NCBI GenBank assembly: GCA_965203965.1
Contig: CBDBDR010000017.1
Span: 672,001 to 736,000 of the forward strand
Direction of reading: 5' to 3'
Length of the DNA: 64,000 nt
From: Thermodesulfobacteriota bacterium
GTDB lineage: Bacteria; Desulfobacterota_D; UBA1144; Nemesobacterales; JAJCZQ01
Below the pieces are notes generated by a model. It searched no databases. It saw nothing but the letters and a program-made list of their open reading frames with translations, and was not told the origin of the DNA. Position 1 is the stretch's first letter. Every line of letters begins with the position of its first letter. Positions 38,824 through 49,363 of the stretch are shown here, in pieces. Made by a program: the position numbers and the translations under genes.

Positions 38824-40020
38824 TTGAGACTTTCAAAACGAGTTATGGGACTTAAACCATCTGCAACACTTTCCACGACGGCAAAAGTGCAAACGATGAG
38901 AGCTCAGGGGATAGACATTATTGGATTTGGTGCCGGAGAGCCTGACTTTGACACTCCTCACAATATAAAAGAAGAAGCGATCAGAGCTATTCAGAACGGG
39001 TTTACAAAATATACGGCAGTCGGAGGTATTGACGAGTTAAAAGAGGCAATTATTAACTTCTTAAAGCAAAACCACGGGCTTGAATACAAAAAAGAGGAAA
39101 TTATAGTATCATGCGGCGCCAAGCAGGTGCTGTATAACCTTGCACAAGCACTGTTTGAAAAAGGCGATGAGGTAATTATTCCATCACCCTACTGGGTTTC
39201 CTACCCGGATCAAATAATTCTTACCGGTGCCAAACCAGTAATTTTGGAAACTTCCATAGATAACAAATTCAAGATCAAGACGGAGGAGTTGCAAAGAGCT
39301 ATAAACGAAAATACAAAAGCACTTATCCTAAACTATCCCAACAACCCCACTGGATCCACTTATGATGAGAACGAGCTCAGAGCTATCTGTGATATATGTC
39401 TTGAGAACGACCTTATTATGATCTCCGATGAAATTTATGAAAAGATAGTTTACGGAGAAGATACAAAACACACCCCAGTTGCCACGCTTAGCAAAAAGGC
39501 AAAAGCCTCTACAATACTTGTAAATGGAGTTTCAAAATCACATTCCATGACTGGGTGGCGCATCGGTTATGCAGCAGGGGATAAAAACGTTATATCGGCA
39601 ATGTCAAAATTACAAGGACAGTCAACTTCCAACCCTACCTCAATTTCACAAGTAGCTGCAGTTGAAGCACTTAACGGCTCTCAAAAGGTCGTAGCCGACA
39701 GAACCAAAGAGTTTCAACGCCGAAAGAACTATATTGTAACGCGGCTTAACAACATGGAGGGGTTTCAATGCTTTGACCCTCTCGGTGCATTTTACGTTTT
39801 TCCAGATATAGAAGGTTTTATAGGCAAAAAACACGGAGAAAAGACAATTTCCAATTCAATAGATTTTACAGAATTTCTACTTGAGGCAGCCAAAGTTGCA
39901 GTGGTGCCCGGGATAGCATTTGGAAAAGAAAACTTTGTGAGAATATCTTATGCAACTTCAATGAAAAACATTGAAGAAGGTATGGACAGAATAGAGCAAG
40001 CAGTCGCCTTGCTTTCATAA
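38824..40020 (+). CDS. Aspartate aminotransferase family (PLP class I)
   Basis: GEPDF, NNPTG, SDEIYE, SKSHSMTGWRIG. Confidence 0.93.
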   Translation: MRLSKRVMGLKPSATLSTTAKVQTMRAQGIDIIGFGAGEPDFDTPHNIKEEAIRAIQNGFTKYTAVGGIDELKEAIINFLKQNHGLEYKKEEIIVSCGAKQVLYNLAQALFEKGDEVIIPSPYWVSYPDQIILTGAKPVILETSIDNKFKIKTEELQRAINENTKALILNYPNNPTGSTYDENELRAICDICLENDLIMISDEIYEKIVYGEDTKHTPVATLSKKAKASTILVNGVSKSHSMTGWRIGYAAGDKNVISAMSKLQGQSTSNPTSISQVAAVEALNGSQKVVADRTKEFQRRKNYIVTRLNNMEGFQCFDPLGAFYVFPDIEGFIGKKHGEKTISNSIDFTEFLLEAAKVAVVPGIAFGKENFVRISYATSMKNIEEGMDRIEQAVALLS

Positions 40021-40021
40021 A

Positions 40022-41140
40022 ATGAAAAAAATTCAGGTTGGCTTACCTGTAACCTTATCTGGTAAATACAGCACACAGGGGAAGGAATCTTTTAATGGCT
40101 TGGGCTTGTGGGTAGAAAAGGTAAACAGTTACGGTGGCATATTAGTCGGAAAATCCCAAAAAAAGGTACCGGTGGAGCTAATATACCATGATGATAAAAG
40201 CAACCCCGAAAACACTCGAAAGATCACCAAAAAGCTGATCCTTGAAGACAAAGTTGATATACTTCTCGGACCATATTCAAGCACCCTAACGGTTGCCTCA
40301 GCCGAAACTACCGATCTTTACAACAGAGTGCTTTGGAACTATGGAGGTTCATCGGATGAGGTAACGTGCGGCAGGTTCAAAAAAATTGTTTCAACAATAA
40401 CACCTGCAAGTGGTTATTTTGAACCGTTCCTATATTTCATAAAAGAACGGGAGAAAAATATCAAACCGGTAGCAATCGCTTTTGCGAAAGACAGTGGTTT
40501 TTCAACCGAAGGCGCAAAAGGTGCAATGAGTATTTGTGAGCAACTTGGAATAAGCTATAAACTTTTTAAGTACAAAAGTGGAAAAGAAAATTTCATTGAT
40601 ATTGCAAGGCAACTCAGGTTGGAAGGGATTAAATATGTGTTGGGTGTGGGACGTTTTGAGGACGATCTAAACCTTGCAAAGCATCTCAAAGGATTTTGCT
40701 CATGCCTTGTAGCCGCGGGAATTGAAGAGTTTAAAAACCGTATGCAAAAAAAAGCCGAAGGTTTTTTTTCAGTTACCCAGTGGGAACCAATCGTTGAGCA
40801 TAATATAGATTTCGGCGTAACCTCAAAACAGTTTGCCGACCTGTATCAAAAGAAATTTAAGAAAATTCCCGATTACGTTTCCGCACAGTCATTTAACATG
40901 GGGATCATTCTGGAAAAATTCATAGAAGAAACAAACTCAACTGATGAACAGGTATTGATGGATAAGATAACTAATTCCAACTTCTGCACGTTTTATGGCA
41001 ATTTTGAAATTGATCAGAAATCTGGTTTGCAGGTCGGCCATAAAACTCTGCTAATCCAGTGGCAAAATGGAAAGAAAGAGATCGTATGCCCAGTTGGTCA
41101 ACGGACTGCGAGGGCAGTTTTCACTATTAACGAGAATTGA
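40022..41140 (+). CDS. Branched-chain amino-acid-type binding protein (type I PBP fold)
   Basis: VG...LSG, N..GGI, DDKS, ILLGPYSS, QWQNGK; no signal peptide. Confidence 0.82.
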   Translation: MKKIQVGLPVTLSGKYSTQGKESFNGLGLWVEKVNSYGGILVGKSQKKVPVELIYHDDKSNPENTRKITKKLILEDKVDILLGPYSSTLTVASAETTDLYNRVLWNYGGSSDEVTCGRFKKIVSTITPASGYFEPFLYFIKEREKNIKPVAIAFAKDSGFSTEGAKGAMSICEQLGISYKLFKYKSGKENFIDIARQLRLEGIKYVLGVGRFEDDLNLAKHLKGFCSCLVAAGIEEFKNRMQKKAEGFFSVTQWEPIVEHNIDFGVTSKQFADLYQKKFKKIPDYVSAQSFNMGIILEKFIEETNSTDEQVLMDKITNSNFCTFYGNFEIDQKSGLQVGHKTLLIQWQNGKKEIVCPVGQRTARAVFTINEN

Positions 41141-41164
41141 CGAGTGGTATCGTAATGGTATCAT
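41137..41164 (+). promoter_or_regulatory. hicAB promoter with TGGTATC direct-repeat operator
   Basis: TTGACG-16-TATCAT; TGGTATC at 41145 and 41156. Confidence 0.55.
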
Positions 41165-41211
41165 TTATACAAAATTAGGAGGTCAAGTAATAATGAGGAG
41201 ACTGCAAATAT

Positions 41212-41418
41212 ATGCGGAAGATCAGAAATGTTTTAGCAGATTACCAAAAGTCAGGCTTTATGATAGTAAAAGGTGGAAAAGGCAGTCACCGCAAATTGAG
41301 ACATCCTTCCGGTGTAACCGTCATTTTATCAGGTAAACCGAAAGACGATGCACTACCCTACATAGAAGATCAGTTACAACAAAATTTATTAAAGGTAGAA
41401 AATAAAAAATTTAAGTAA
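41212..41418 (+). CDS. hicA: HicA family toxin
   Basis: GF....GKGSHRK..HP motif, 68 aa. Confidence 0.88.
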   Translation: MRKIRNVLADYQKSGFMIVKGGKGSHRKLRHPSGVTVILSGKPKDDALPYIEDQLQQNLLKVENKKFK

Positions 41419-41431
41419 ACACGTAAACATT

Positions 41432-41782
41432 ATGAAAATTAAAAAAATATCCGATAAATATTTTAGATACATTTACTGGTCTGATACAGACAAGCATTTC
41501 ATAGGCTGTTGTCCAGAGCTAAACATCAAAATTCACAGGAAAGACAACGATCAGAAAAAGCTATTTAAGGATTTATGTGACGTTATTGATTTTCACGTAG
41601 AAGACGAAATGAAAAGAGATGACTCAAATCTGCCCAAGTCAATTTTAAATAAAGAATATTCTGGTGAATTGAGACTAAGATTGGGAGAGCATTTGCACAG
41701 GATGCTGGCAGTGGAATCTTATAAGCAAAACATGAGCATAAATAGCCTGATAACCGGAGCCATTGAAAATTTTTTGAAATAA
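41432..41782 (+). CDS. hicB: HicB family antitoxin (RHH C-terminus)
   Basis: WS..D..FIG.CPEL; YSGEL.LR....LH..LA.......SIN. Confidence 0.88.
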   Translation: MKIKKISDKYFRYIYWSDTDKHFIGCCPELNIKIHRKDNDQKKLFKDLCDVIDFHVEDEMKRDDSNLPKSILNKEYSGELRLRLGEHLHRMLAVESYKQNMSINSLITGAIENFLK

Positions 41783-41851
41783 GAAAGTAAATAATCTATT
41801 TCAGCAATCTAACTATCCAATTTTCAACTTCGTATCGTATTAGAATACCAA

Positions 41852-41924
41852 TGGAGCTGAAGGGATTCGAACCCTCGACCTCATGAATGCCATTCATGCG
41901 CTCTCCCAACTGAGCTACAGCCCC
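41852..41924 (-). tRNA. tRNA-Ala(GGC)
   Basis: Reverse complement GGGGCTG...CATGA-ATGGCAT-TCATG...CAGCTCCA. Confidence 0.95.
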
Positions 41925-42055
41925 TTATCGGACGTTAATTTTACAATCAATAAAGCTAATATCAAAAAAGGATGAAGTTTCTTCAACTCCAAAGATAAAA
42001 AAATCACAACTCATGTATAATGTCAATTTCACATAAATTTTAAGGAGAGCTATTA

Positions 42056-43351
42056 ATGGGTTCAATAAACGTGGGTTTAATAGGAGCTGGCACCGTAGGC
42101 ACAGGCGTGTATAAGGTGCTTAAAAACAACCTGAAACTTATAAAAAAAAGAAGACCATTTGATCTGAAACTGATCAAGGTCGCAGACATTGATCCTAAGC
42201 GAAAAAGAGCTGTAAAAATACCGGAGAACCTGTTCACAAAAGACGCATACGAACTTATAAATGATCCAAGTATCAACGTAATAATAGAACTTGTTGGTGG
42301 AACTACGATTGCAAAGAACTTCGTGATTGATGCACTAAGTGCAGGAAAGCACGTGGTTACTGCAAACAAGGCACTCCTTGCACATCATGGGAAAGAAATT
42401 TTAAATTTGGCGTCAAAAAAAGGTCTGGCAGTGGGTTTTGAAGCAAGCGTTGGCGGTGGAATACCTGTAATCAAATCGGTGATGGAAAGTTATGCTGCGA
42501 ACAATATATTTTCTATACACGGAATAATGAACGGAACCTGCAACTACATTCTGGATAAAATGACCGAAGAGGGAAGCCAGTTTCAAGCGGTTTTGAAACA
42601 AGCTCAAGCAGAAGGCTATGCAGAAGCAGACCCAACTTTTGACGTTGATGGAATTGATGCCGCCCACAAACTGTCAATTATGATAATGCTTTGCTGGGGA
42701 AAGTTCTTTAATTTTAACAAATACCACATTGAAGGTATTAGAAAAATAACCCCTCTTGACATATCGTTTGCAGATGAACTTGGCTACAAAATAAAGCTAC
42801 TTGCAATTGCCAAAAGAGTGAAAGATGGTATTGAAAGTGGAATTTATCCTGCACTTGTCAGGAAAGCAACCCAGCTTGCGGATGTTAAAGAGGCATTTAA
42901 CGCCATACATATTGTTGGTGACGCAGTAGGACCTACAATGCTTTACGGCATGGGCGCGGGAATGATGCCAACTGCCAGTGCCGTTGTGAGTGATCTTATA
43001 GAAATAGCAAACAACCATCACAGTTCAAATAAACATCTGGTTCCAAACCCGTATGCACGAGATGAAAAGATCAAACTTATTGATATTAAGGAAACAACCA
43101 ACAAATATTACTTGCGTTTTGAGGTAGAAGATAAGCCCGGCATCATTGGCTTAATAACAAGCATACTCGGGAAATTCAACATCAGTATTGAATCAATAAT
43201 ACAGAGAAGAAAAAAACATAAAACCGTTCCTATAATATTAATGACGCACGAGACAAAAGAAAAAAACCTTATGGGTGCCCTGAAAAAAATAGAATCTCAA
43301 GGAAACATAACCAAAAGCGAAACTGTTTTTGTCAGAATAGAAGAGATATGA
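42056..43351 (+). CDS. hom: Homoserine dehydrogenase with ACT domain
   Basis: GAGTVG, VVTANK, EASVGGGIP, GYAEADP, GAG..PTASAV. Confidence 0.96.
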   Translation: MGSINVGLIGAGTVGTGVYKVLKNNLKLIKKRRPFDLKLIKVADIDPKRKRAVKIPENLFTKDAYELINDPSINVIIELVGGTTIAKNFVIDALSAGKHVVTANKALLAHHGKEILNLASKKGLAVGFEASVGGGIPVIKSVMESYAANNIFSIHGIMNGTCNYILDKMTEEGSQFQAVLKQAQAEGYAEADPTFDVDGIDAAHKLSIMIMLCWGKFFNFNKYHIEGIRKITPLDISFADELGYKIKLLAIAKRVKDGIESGIYPALVRKATQLADVKEAFNAIHIVGDAVGPTMLYGMGAGMMPTASAVVSDLIEIANNHHSSNKHLVPNPYARDEKIKLIDIKETTNKYYLRFEVEDKPGIIGLITSILGKFNISIESIIQRRKKHKTVPIILMTHETKEKNLMGALKKIESQGNITKSETVFVRIEEI

Positions 43352-43444
43352 ACAGCAATGAGTTTCGTATAAATAGGAAAAAGTGCTGCTGGGATTTACA
43401 GAAACCCCTTTGCCAATAATCCGTGTGAATTCGGCGTGAACATT

Positions 43445-44110
43445 TTAAGTCAAACCCCTTGAGATATTCAACAAAGCATTTTTTGCAGCCGCTCGTTCTG
43501 CCTCTTTTTTGTTTTTACCCACACCTTCACCTTTGAGCTTTAAACCAATCTCAACTTTTACATAAAACCTCTTATCATGAACGGGACCTTCTTCATCCGT
43601 AACCGAATATACAGGTATCTTGTGAAATATTTTTTGAGAAATCTCCTGAAGCTCACTTTTGTGATCTGAAAAAATTGCACCATCCTCAACACACTCTCTC
43701 ACCATATCGGAAATTATTTTTAAAGTCTCTCCGTATCCACCATCAATATATATTGCAGCTATTACTGCTTCAAAGACTCCAGCCAAATTGGAATCCCTGC
43801 ACCTTCCACCCGTGCTATCTTCTCCTTTGCCCAGCAAAATTTGCTTATCAATTTTGAGCATCCGTGCATAACGTGAAAAATTGGCTCTACTCACAATAGC
43901 ACTCTTCAGCTTTGACAACTCACCTTCACAACTCCCTGGAAACATACGGTAAAGTTCCTTTGCAACGACGCACCCGAGTATAGCATCACCCAAAAATTCC
44001 AATCTCTCGTTACTCTCCACAAGAAACTCGTTAGCATACGAGCTATGAGTAAGAGCCGTCTGAAGTAAATCTTTACGTTTGAATTCATAATTGAGCCTCT
44101 TCTCTATCAT
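43445..44110 (-). CDS. rnc: Ribonuclease III
   Basis: ALTHSS, NERLEFLGDA, dsRBD (GKNKKEAE). Confidence 0.97.
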   Translation of the reverse strand: MIEKRLNYEFKRKDLLQTALTHSSYANEFLVESNERLEFLGDAILGCVVAKELYRMFPGSCEGELSKLKSAIVSRANFSRYARMLKIDKQILLGKGEDSTGGRCRDSNLAGVFEAVIAAIYIDGGYGETLKIISDMVRECVEDGAIFSDHKSELQEISQKIFHKIPVYSVTDEEGPVHDKRFYVKVEIGLKLKGEGVGKNKKEAERAAAKNALLNISRGLT

Positions 44111-44485
44111 TGGTGAAAAAACTATCATAATGCTATTTCAAAATCAATTACCACTGCTTTGGGCAAATAATGCCTAAAAAGTATGAATAAAATTTCCTGT
44201 CCATTATACTGGCAATTTTGTTTTATAAATTGGTAAATCTTGGAAAACTAAGATTTATATAAAAACACTCAACTTAAATAATTTCAATAATTTAAGTTGG
44301 TTACAACATAAGACATGTTAAATTCACTGAACAATTGATTTTTCAATATTTACTGATTTAATTTATGAATAATTTTAGAAAATTTACTGTATAAATAATT
44401 TGAAAAAGTGGTATGTTGGTTACGTTGTTTTATCGGCAAATAATATATTGAGTTCGGATATTATTAAATTTTGCAGGAGGTTTAA

Positions 44486-44830
<345 letters not shown>

Positions 44831-44918
44831 TCCTGAACAAATTCTGACTCTGAGTTTCATGGAGCTACTATTATGTCCATAACTCGTTTTTACTAAACAG
44901 AAAAGGAGGTCTTATTTT

Positions 44919-46376
44919 ATGGCTACACAAAATAAAAAAACCAGTAAAAGTGCAGTTATTCCGAGAAACAGCACTGATGTTTTAAAAATAATTAAAGATA
45001 ACAAGATAGAATTTGTTGATTTCAGATTCTTGGATTTCATGGGAATGTGGCAGCACTTCACCGTGCCTTCACGAGAGATGGACAAAGATAAATTTGACTC
45101 GGGACTTGGTTTTGACGGTTCCAGCATCAGAGGATGGCAATCAATCAACGCAAGTGACATGTTGGTTCTTCCAGATTCAACAACCGCAAAGATTGACCCT
45201 TTTATGTCTGCTCCCACCGTTGCAATTATATGTAATATTGAGGATCCAATAACAAGAGAACCATATACAAGGGATCCGAGAAACATCTCCAGAAAATCTC
45301 TGTCATATATGCAAAGCACCGGGATTGCAGACTCGGCATTTTTCGGTCCCGAACTAGAATTCTTTATTCTGGATGATGTAAGATATGATCAAACTGCAAA
45401 TTCAGGATATTATTTCATAGATTCCATTGAGGGTATATGGAACTCCGGCAGAGAGGAATTTCCAAACCTTGCATATAAACCGCGTCATAAGGAAGGGTAT
45501 TTTCCAACACCACCTTCGGACAGCATGCACGATATAAGATCAGAGATGGTAACTGTATTGGAAAGCCTGAATATTGAGGTTGAAGCACACCATCATGAAG
45601 TTGCCACAGGTGGTCAGGCTGAAATAGACATGCGATTTGCCCCACTCCTCGAAATGGGTGACAGCATGATGTGGTATAAATACATTATCAAGAATGTCGC
45701 ACGCAAAAACGGCAAAACAGCCACATTTATGCCCAAACCACTGTTTGAAGACAATGGTTCCGGCATGCACATTCACCAGTCACTTTGGAAAAAGAACAAA
45801 CCCCTATTTGCAGGCAAAGGATACGCTGGGATGAGCGATCTTGCTATGCATTACATTGGTGGAATTTTAAAACACGCAAGAGCCATCTGTGCTTTTAGCA
45901 ATCCAACGACCAATTCCTACAGGAGGCTAGTGCCCGGATTCGAAGCACCAGTGAACCTCGCTTACTCTGCCAGAAACAGGAGTGCAGCAGTAAGGATACC
46001 AATGTATTCTTCAAACCCTAAAGCAAAGAGGATCGAAACAAGATTCCCTGATCCCTCCTGTAATGGTTATCTAACATTTTCAGCAATGCTGATGGCAGGA
46101 CTTGACGGGATAGAGAACAAAATTCATCCAGGTGAACCATTAGACAAGGATATTTACGCACTTGGACCCGAGGAGCTTGCAAATGTTCCGAACGTACCCA
46201 GTTCTCTGGAAGAAGCAGTAAAAGCCCTGAGAGATGATCATGATTTCTTACTGAAGGGTGATGTATTTACAGAGGATGTCATTCAAACGTGGATAGATTA
46301 TAAAATGGACGCGGAGATCAACCCGATTAAATTGAGACCTGCTCCTTATGAATTTATGCTCTATTATGACGTATAG
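44919..46376 (+). CDS. glnA: Glutamine synthetase type I
   Basis: FDGSSI, HHEVA, MPKP...NGSGMH, DKDIY adenylylation Tyr. Confidence 0.98.
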   Translation: MATQNKKTSKSAVIPRNSTDVLKIIKDNKIEFVDFRFLDFMGMWQHFTVPSREMDKDKFDSGLGFDGSSIRGWQSINASDMLVLPDSTTAKIDPFMSAPTVAIICNIEDPITREPYTRDPRNISRKSLSYMQSTGIADSAFFGPELEFFILDDVRYDQTANSGYYFIDSIEGIWNSGREEFPNLAYKPRHKEGYFPTPPSDSMHDIRSEMVTVLESLNIEVEAHHHEVATGGQAEIDMRFAPLLEMGDSMMWYKYIIKNVARKNGKTATFMPKPLFEDNGSGMHIHQSLWKKNKPLFAGKGYAGMSDLAMHYIGGILKHARAICAFSNPTTNSYRRLVPGFEAPVNLAYSARNRSAAVRIPMYSSNPKAKRIETRFPDPSCNGYLTFSAMLMAGLDGIENKIHPGEPLDKDIYALGPEELANVPNVPSSLEEAVKALRDDHDFLLKGDVFTEDVIQTWIDYKMDAEINPIKLRPAPYEFMLYYDV

Positions 46377-46413
46377 AATGGATCATCATCTGACCTAAAG
46401 TTAAAACAGAACT

Positions 46414-46458
46414 AAAAAAAGGGCAGGCACTCTGGTAAAAAAGTGCCTGCCCTTTTTT
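46414..46458. terminator. Bidirectional intrinsic terminator (glnA / nuoL)
   Basis: A7-GGGCAGGCACT...AGTGCCTGCCC-T6. Confidence 0.9.
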
Positions 46459-46463
46459 ATGTT

Positions 46464-48437
46464 TTATATAAGAAATGCTATCACTATTACTAATACTGTC
46501 CCTACAGCTATTGCGGTTGCATAATATCTTAATATTCCCTTCTGGGTGGATATTGCTATAGTTCCCACGCTCTTCATCAAGTTGCCTGCACCATTTACCA
46601 TCCCATCAACAACAGCTCTATCAAACTCAGCGAAACGATTGGAAAAATGGTTAAATGGTTCTATAAATAAAGACTGATATAGCTCATCAACGTAAAATTT
46701 AGCGTATGACCATCCGTATAATACTCTGACATTTAAACTCTTGCTGAACCAGTTCAGAGAGGAAGGTCTTATTAAGTATATGTATAAAGCAATACAAATA
46801 CCTGAAACAGCAACAACAACGGATAAAAACGCAAGTGTCCAGTGATCAAGTTGTCCGTGATGGGAAAGTAGATTGTTGCCATACTCATACATGGAAGATC
46901 GGAGAAAATTTTCAATAAGATTGCTATCTGCAATCCCAAAGGCTTTTCCCATAAACTCAGGAAATCCTACATATCCCCCTATAACCGAGAGAAATGCAAG
47001 AATGACCAAAGGTAATACCATCGTAGAGGGAGATTCATGGATATGACGCTCAACTTTTTCCGGGATCCTGGATTTTCCTTCAAAGGTCAACAGGTAAAGT
47101 CTCATCATATAAAAAGCTGTAAAACCCGCGGTAATTAATCCAACAAGCCAAAACACCGTAAAACCTTTATCATATACAGCAGCGAGAATACCATCCTTAC
47201 TGTAAAAACCTGATAATAGTGGGATACCCGCAATAGCCAATGTACCAATAAGAAAAGTTAGGGATGTAACGGGAATATATTTTCTAATACCTCCCATGTG
47301 TCTTATATCCTGTTCACCCGACATGGCATGGATTACACTGCCTGATCCAAGAAATAAAAGTGCCTTGAAAAAAGCATGCGTAACAACGTGAAAAATGGCA
47401 ACCGCATAAGCACCAACACCTATTGCCATAAACATGTATCCAAGCTGACTTACGGTTGAATAAGCCAGTACTTTTTTAATGTCATTCTGAGTAATAGCGA
47501 TCACTGCCGCAAGAAATGCAGTAAGGGTAGCAATAACCAGCACTGTGTATTGTGCCAATGGTGAAAGAGTAAATATGATATTACAACGAGCCGTTAAATA
47601 CACGCCTGCAGTTACCATGGTGGCAGCATGTATCAGTGCACTGACGGCAGTGGGACCCGCCATGGCATCGGGAAGCCACACGTAAAGTGGAAGTTGTGCT
47701 GATTTTCCAACTGCACCCACAAACAGCAAAAGTGCGATTACCGTGATTGTAGCTTCAGAAATTGCTCCATTTAGTTGAGGTGAGGCAAGTTGTCCAAATA
47801 CCTCCTGGTAATTTACGGAGCCGAAAGTTACAAATATCAAAAATATCCCCAGTATAAAGCCGAAATCCCCTATTCTGTTCACTATAAAGGCCTTTCTGCC
47901 AGCGTAAGCCTTTTTCTTGTCCTCAAACCAGAAACCTATAAGCAGGTATGAAGTAAGCCCTACCCCTTCCCAACCGACAAACATTACGGGAAAGTTATCA
48001 CCAAGAACCAGAAGCATCATAAAAAAGATAAATAGATTGAGAAAACAAAAATATCTCGCGTAAGAGCCATCGTGCTTCATGTAGCCGACTGAATAAATAT
48101 GTATTAGAAATCCAACCCAAGTAATAATAAGTGCCATAACCGCTGACAATGAATCAAAAAGCAATGAGAACCTGATGTTGAGAGATCCAGATGATATCCA
48201 GGCAAAAACATCCTCTACTATCGGTCCTTGTCCTGCCTCCATACCGAGAATCTTGAAGAACAACACTGTGGAACAGATCGCAGAGAGAAAAACAACTGTG
48301 CATGCTATGGTCCCAACTGCATCTTTTTCCCATTTTTCATTCTTGTTCCGGAATAAAACATCTTTTAACGGTGTGGCAAAGAGTAACCCGTTAACCACCG
48401 CGCCGATCAATGGAAAAAGCACAATAAACAAGAGCAT
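46464..48437 (-). CDS. nuoL: NADH-quinone oxidoreductase subunit L
   Basis: WEGVG, GKSAQLPL..WLPDAM, IKKVLAYST.SQLG. Confidence 0.96.
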   Translation of the reverse strand: MLLFIVLFPLIGAVVNGLLFATPLKDVLFRNKNEKWEKDAVGTIACTVVFLSAICSTVLFFKILGMEAGQGPIVEDVFAWISSGSLNIRFSLLFDSLSAVMALIITWVGFLIHIYSVGYMKHDGSYARYFCFLNLFIFFMMLLVLGDNFPVMFVGWEGVGLTSYLLIGFWFEDKKKAYAGRKAFIVNRIGDFGFILGIFLIFVTFGSVNYQEVFGQLASPQLNGAISEATITVIALLLFVGAVGKSAQLPLYVWLPDAMAGPTAVSALIHAATMVTAGVYLTARCNIIFTLSPLAQYTVLVIATLTAFLAAVIAITQNDIKKVLAYSTVSQLGYMFMAIGVGAYAVAIFHVVTHAFFKALLFLGSGSVIHAMSGEQDIRHMGGIRKYIPVTSLTFLIGTLAIAGIPLLSGFYSKDGILAAVYDKGFTVFWLVGLITAGFTAFYMMRLYLLTFEGKSRIPEKVERHIHESPSTMVLPLVILAFLSVIGGYVGFPEFMGKAFGIADSNLIENFLRSSMYEYGNNLLSHHGQLDHWTLAFLSVVVAVSGICIALYIYLIRPSSLNWFSKSLNVRVLYGWSYAKFYVDELYQSLFIEPFNHFSNRFAEFDRAVVDGMVNGAGNLMKSVGTIAISTQKGILRYYATAIAVGTVLVIVIAFLI

Positions 48438-48450
48438 AGTCTAATACTTT

Positions 48451-48756
48451 CTATCCTTTTAAGAGTTTTAAAATATCAATGTCAAGACTGGCTTTATGAT
48501 TATAAATAAGAACAACAAACGCAAGCCCTACGGCAACTTCGGCGGCTGCAACAGTTATCGCCATTATCATAAAGATCTGGCCTGCTAAATCGTCAAGATG
48601 ATAGGAAAAAGATATAAAGGCAAGATTGCAAGCATTCAGCATAAGCTCCAGAGACATCAATACAATAATGAGATTTTTCCTCGTAAGAACACCGTAAGCA
48701 CCTATTACAAACAACATAGTGCTGATAACAATATAATGAGTAAGTGTTATTTCCAT
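48451..48756 (-). CDS. nuoK: NADH-quinone oxidoreductase subunit K
   Basis: SLELMLNA, VAAAEVAVGLA. Confidence 0.96.
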   Translation of the reverse strand: MEITLTHYIVISTMLFVIGAYGVLTRKNLIIVLMSLELMLNACNLAFISFSYHLDDLAGQIFMIMAITVAAAEVAVGLAFVVLIYNHKASLDIDILKLLKG

Positions 48757-49259
48757 TACAGATTTTGTCCTTTTCGGGCAATTGAGACAACTCCCACAAT
48801 TGCCGCTACTATCAACACTGAAGTCAATTCAAATGGAAGCAGGTAGTCGGTAAATAATACCTTTCCAACACTTTCTACCGTCCCGAAGTTTTCTGAAGTT
48901 TCAGATGCTACAATCATGTTAATAGTGAGTTTGGATGCAAAATATCCTACAACTGCCACTATCACAATCAAAAATGTAATTTTTTTCGCAAGACTCCCAG
49001 CGTCAAACTGAAGTGATTTTTCCTTAATGTTCAAGAACATCACGGTAAAAAGAAAGAGAACTATTATAGCTCCCGCATACACAAGAACTTGAATTACTGC
49101 TATAAACTGGGATCTAAGCAGAATAAAAAGAGCTGCCGTGAAAAAAAAGGTTAACACCATGGCAATTGCACTCACAACCGGGTTCCTGTGTAACACAACT
49201 ACCATTGATCCAAATACCGTAAGTGCCGCAAATATGTAAAAAAACAGACTTTCTACCAA
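48756..49259 (-). CDS. nuoJ: NADH-quinone oxidoreductase subunit J
   Basis: QVLVYAGAI.VLFLF, PFELTS; TTG start after GGAG. Confidence 0.93.
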   Translation of the reverse strand: MVESLFFYIFAALTVFGSMVVVLHRNPVVSAIAMVLTFFFTAALFILLRSQFIAVIQVLVYAGAIIVLFLFTVMFLNIKEKSLQFDAGSLAKKITFLIVIVAVVGYFASKLTINMIVASETSENFGTVESVGKVLFTDYLLPFELTSVLIVAAIVGVVSIARKGQNL

Positions 49260-49363
49260 AATCCACTCCACGAACGCTTTCAAATACAAGATCAAAGATG
49301 TTGATACAAACAGTAGTTCAACGAGAGAACTATATTTACTGTGCAAATATAGTCAAACAATTA

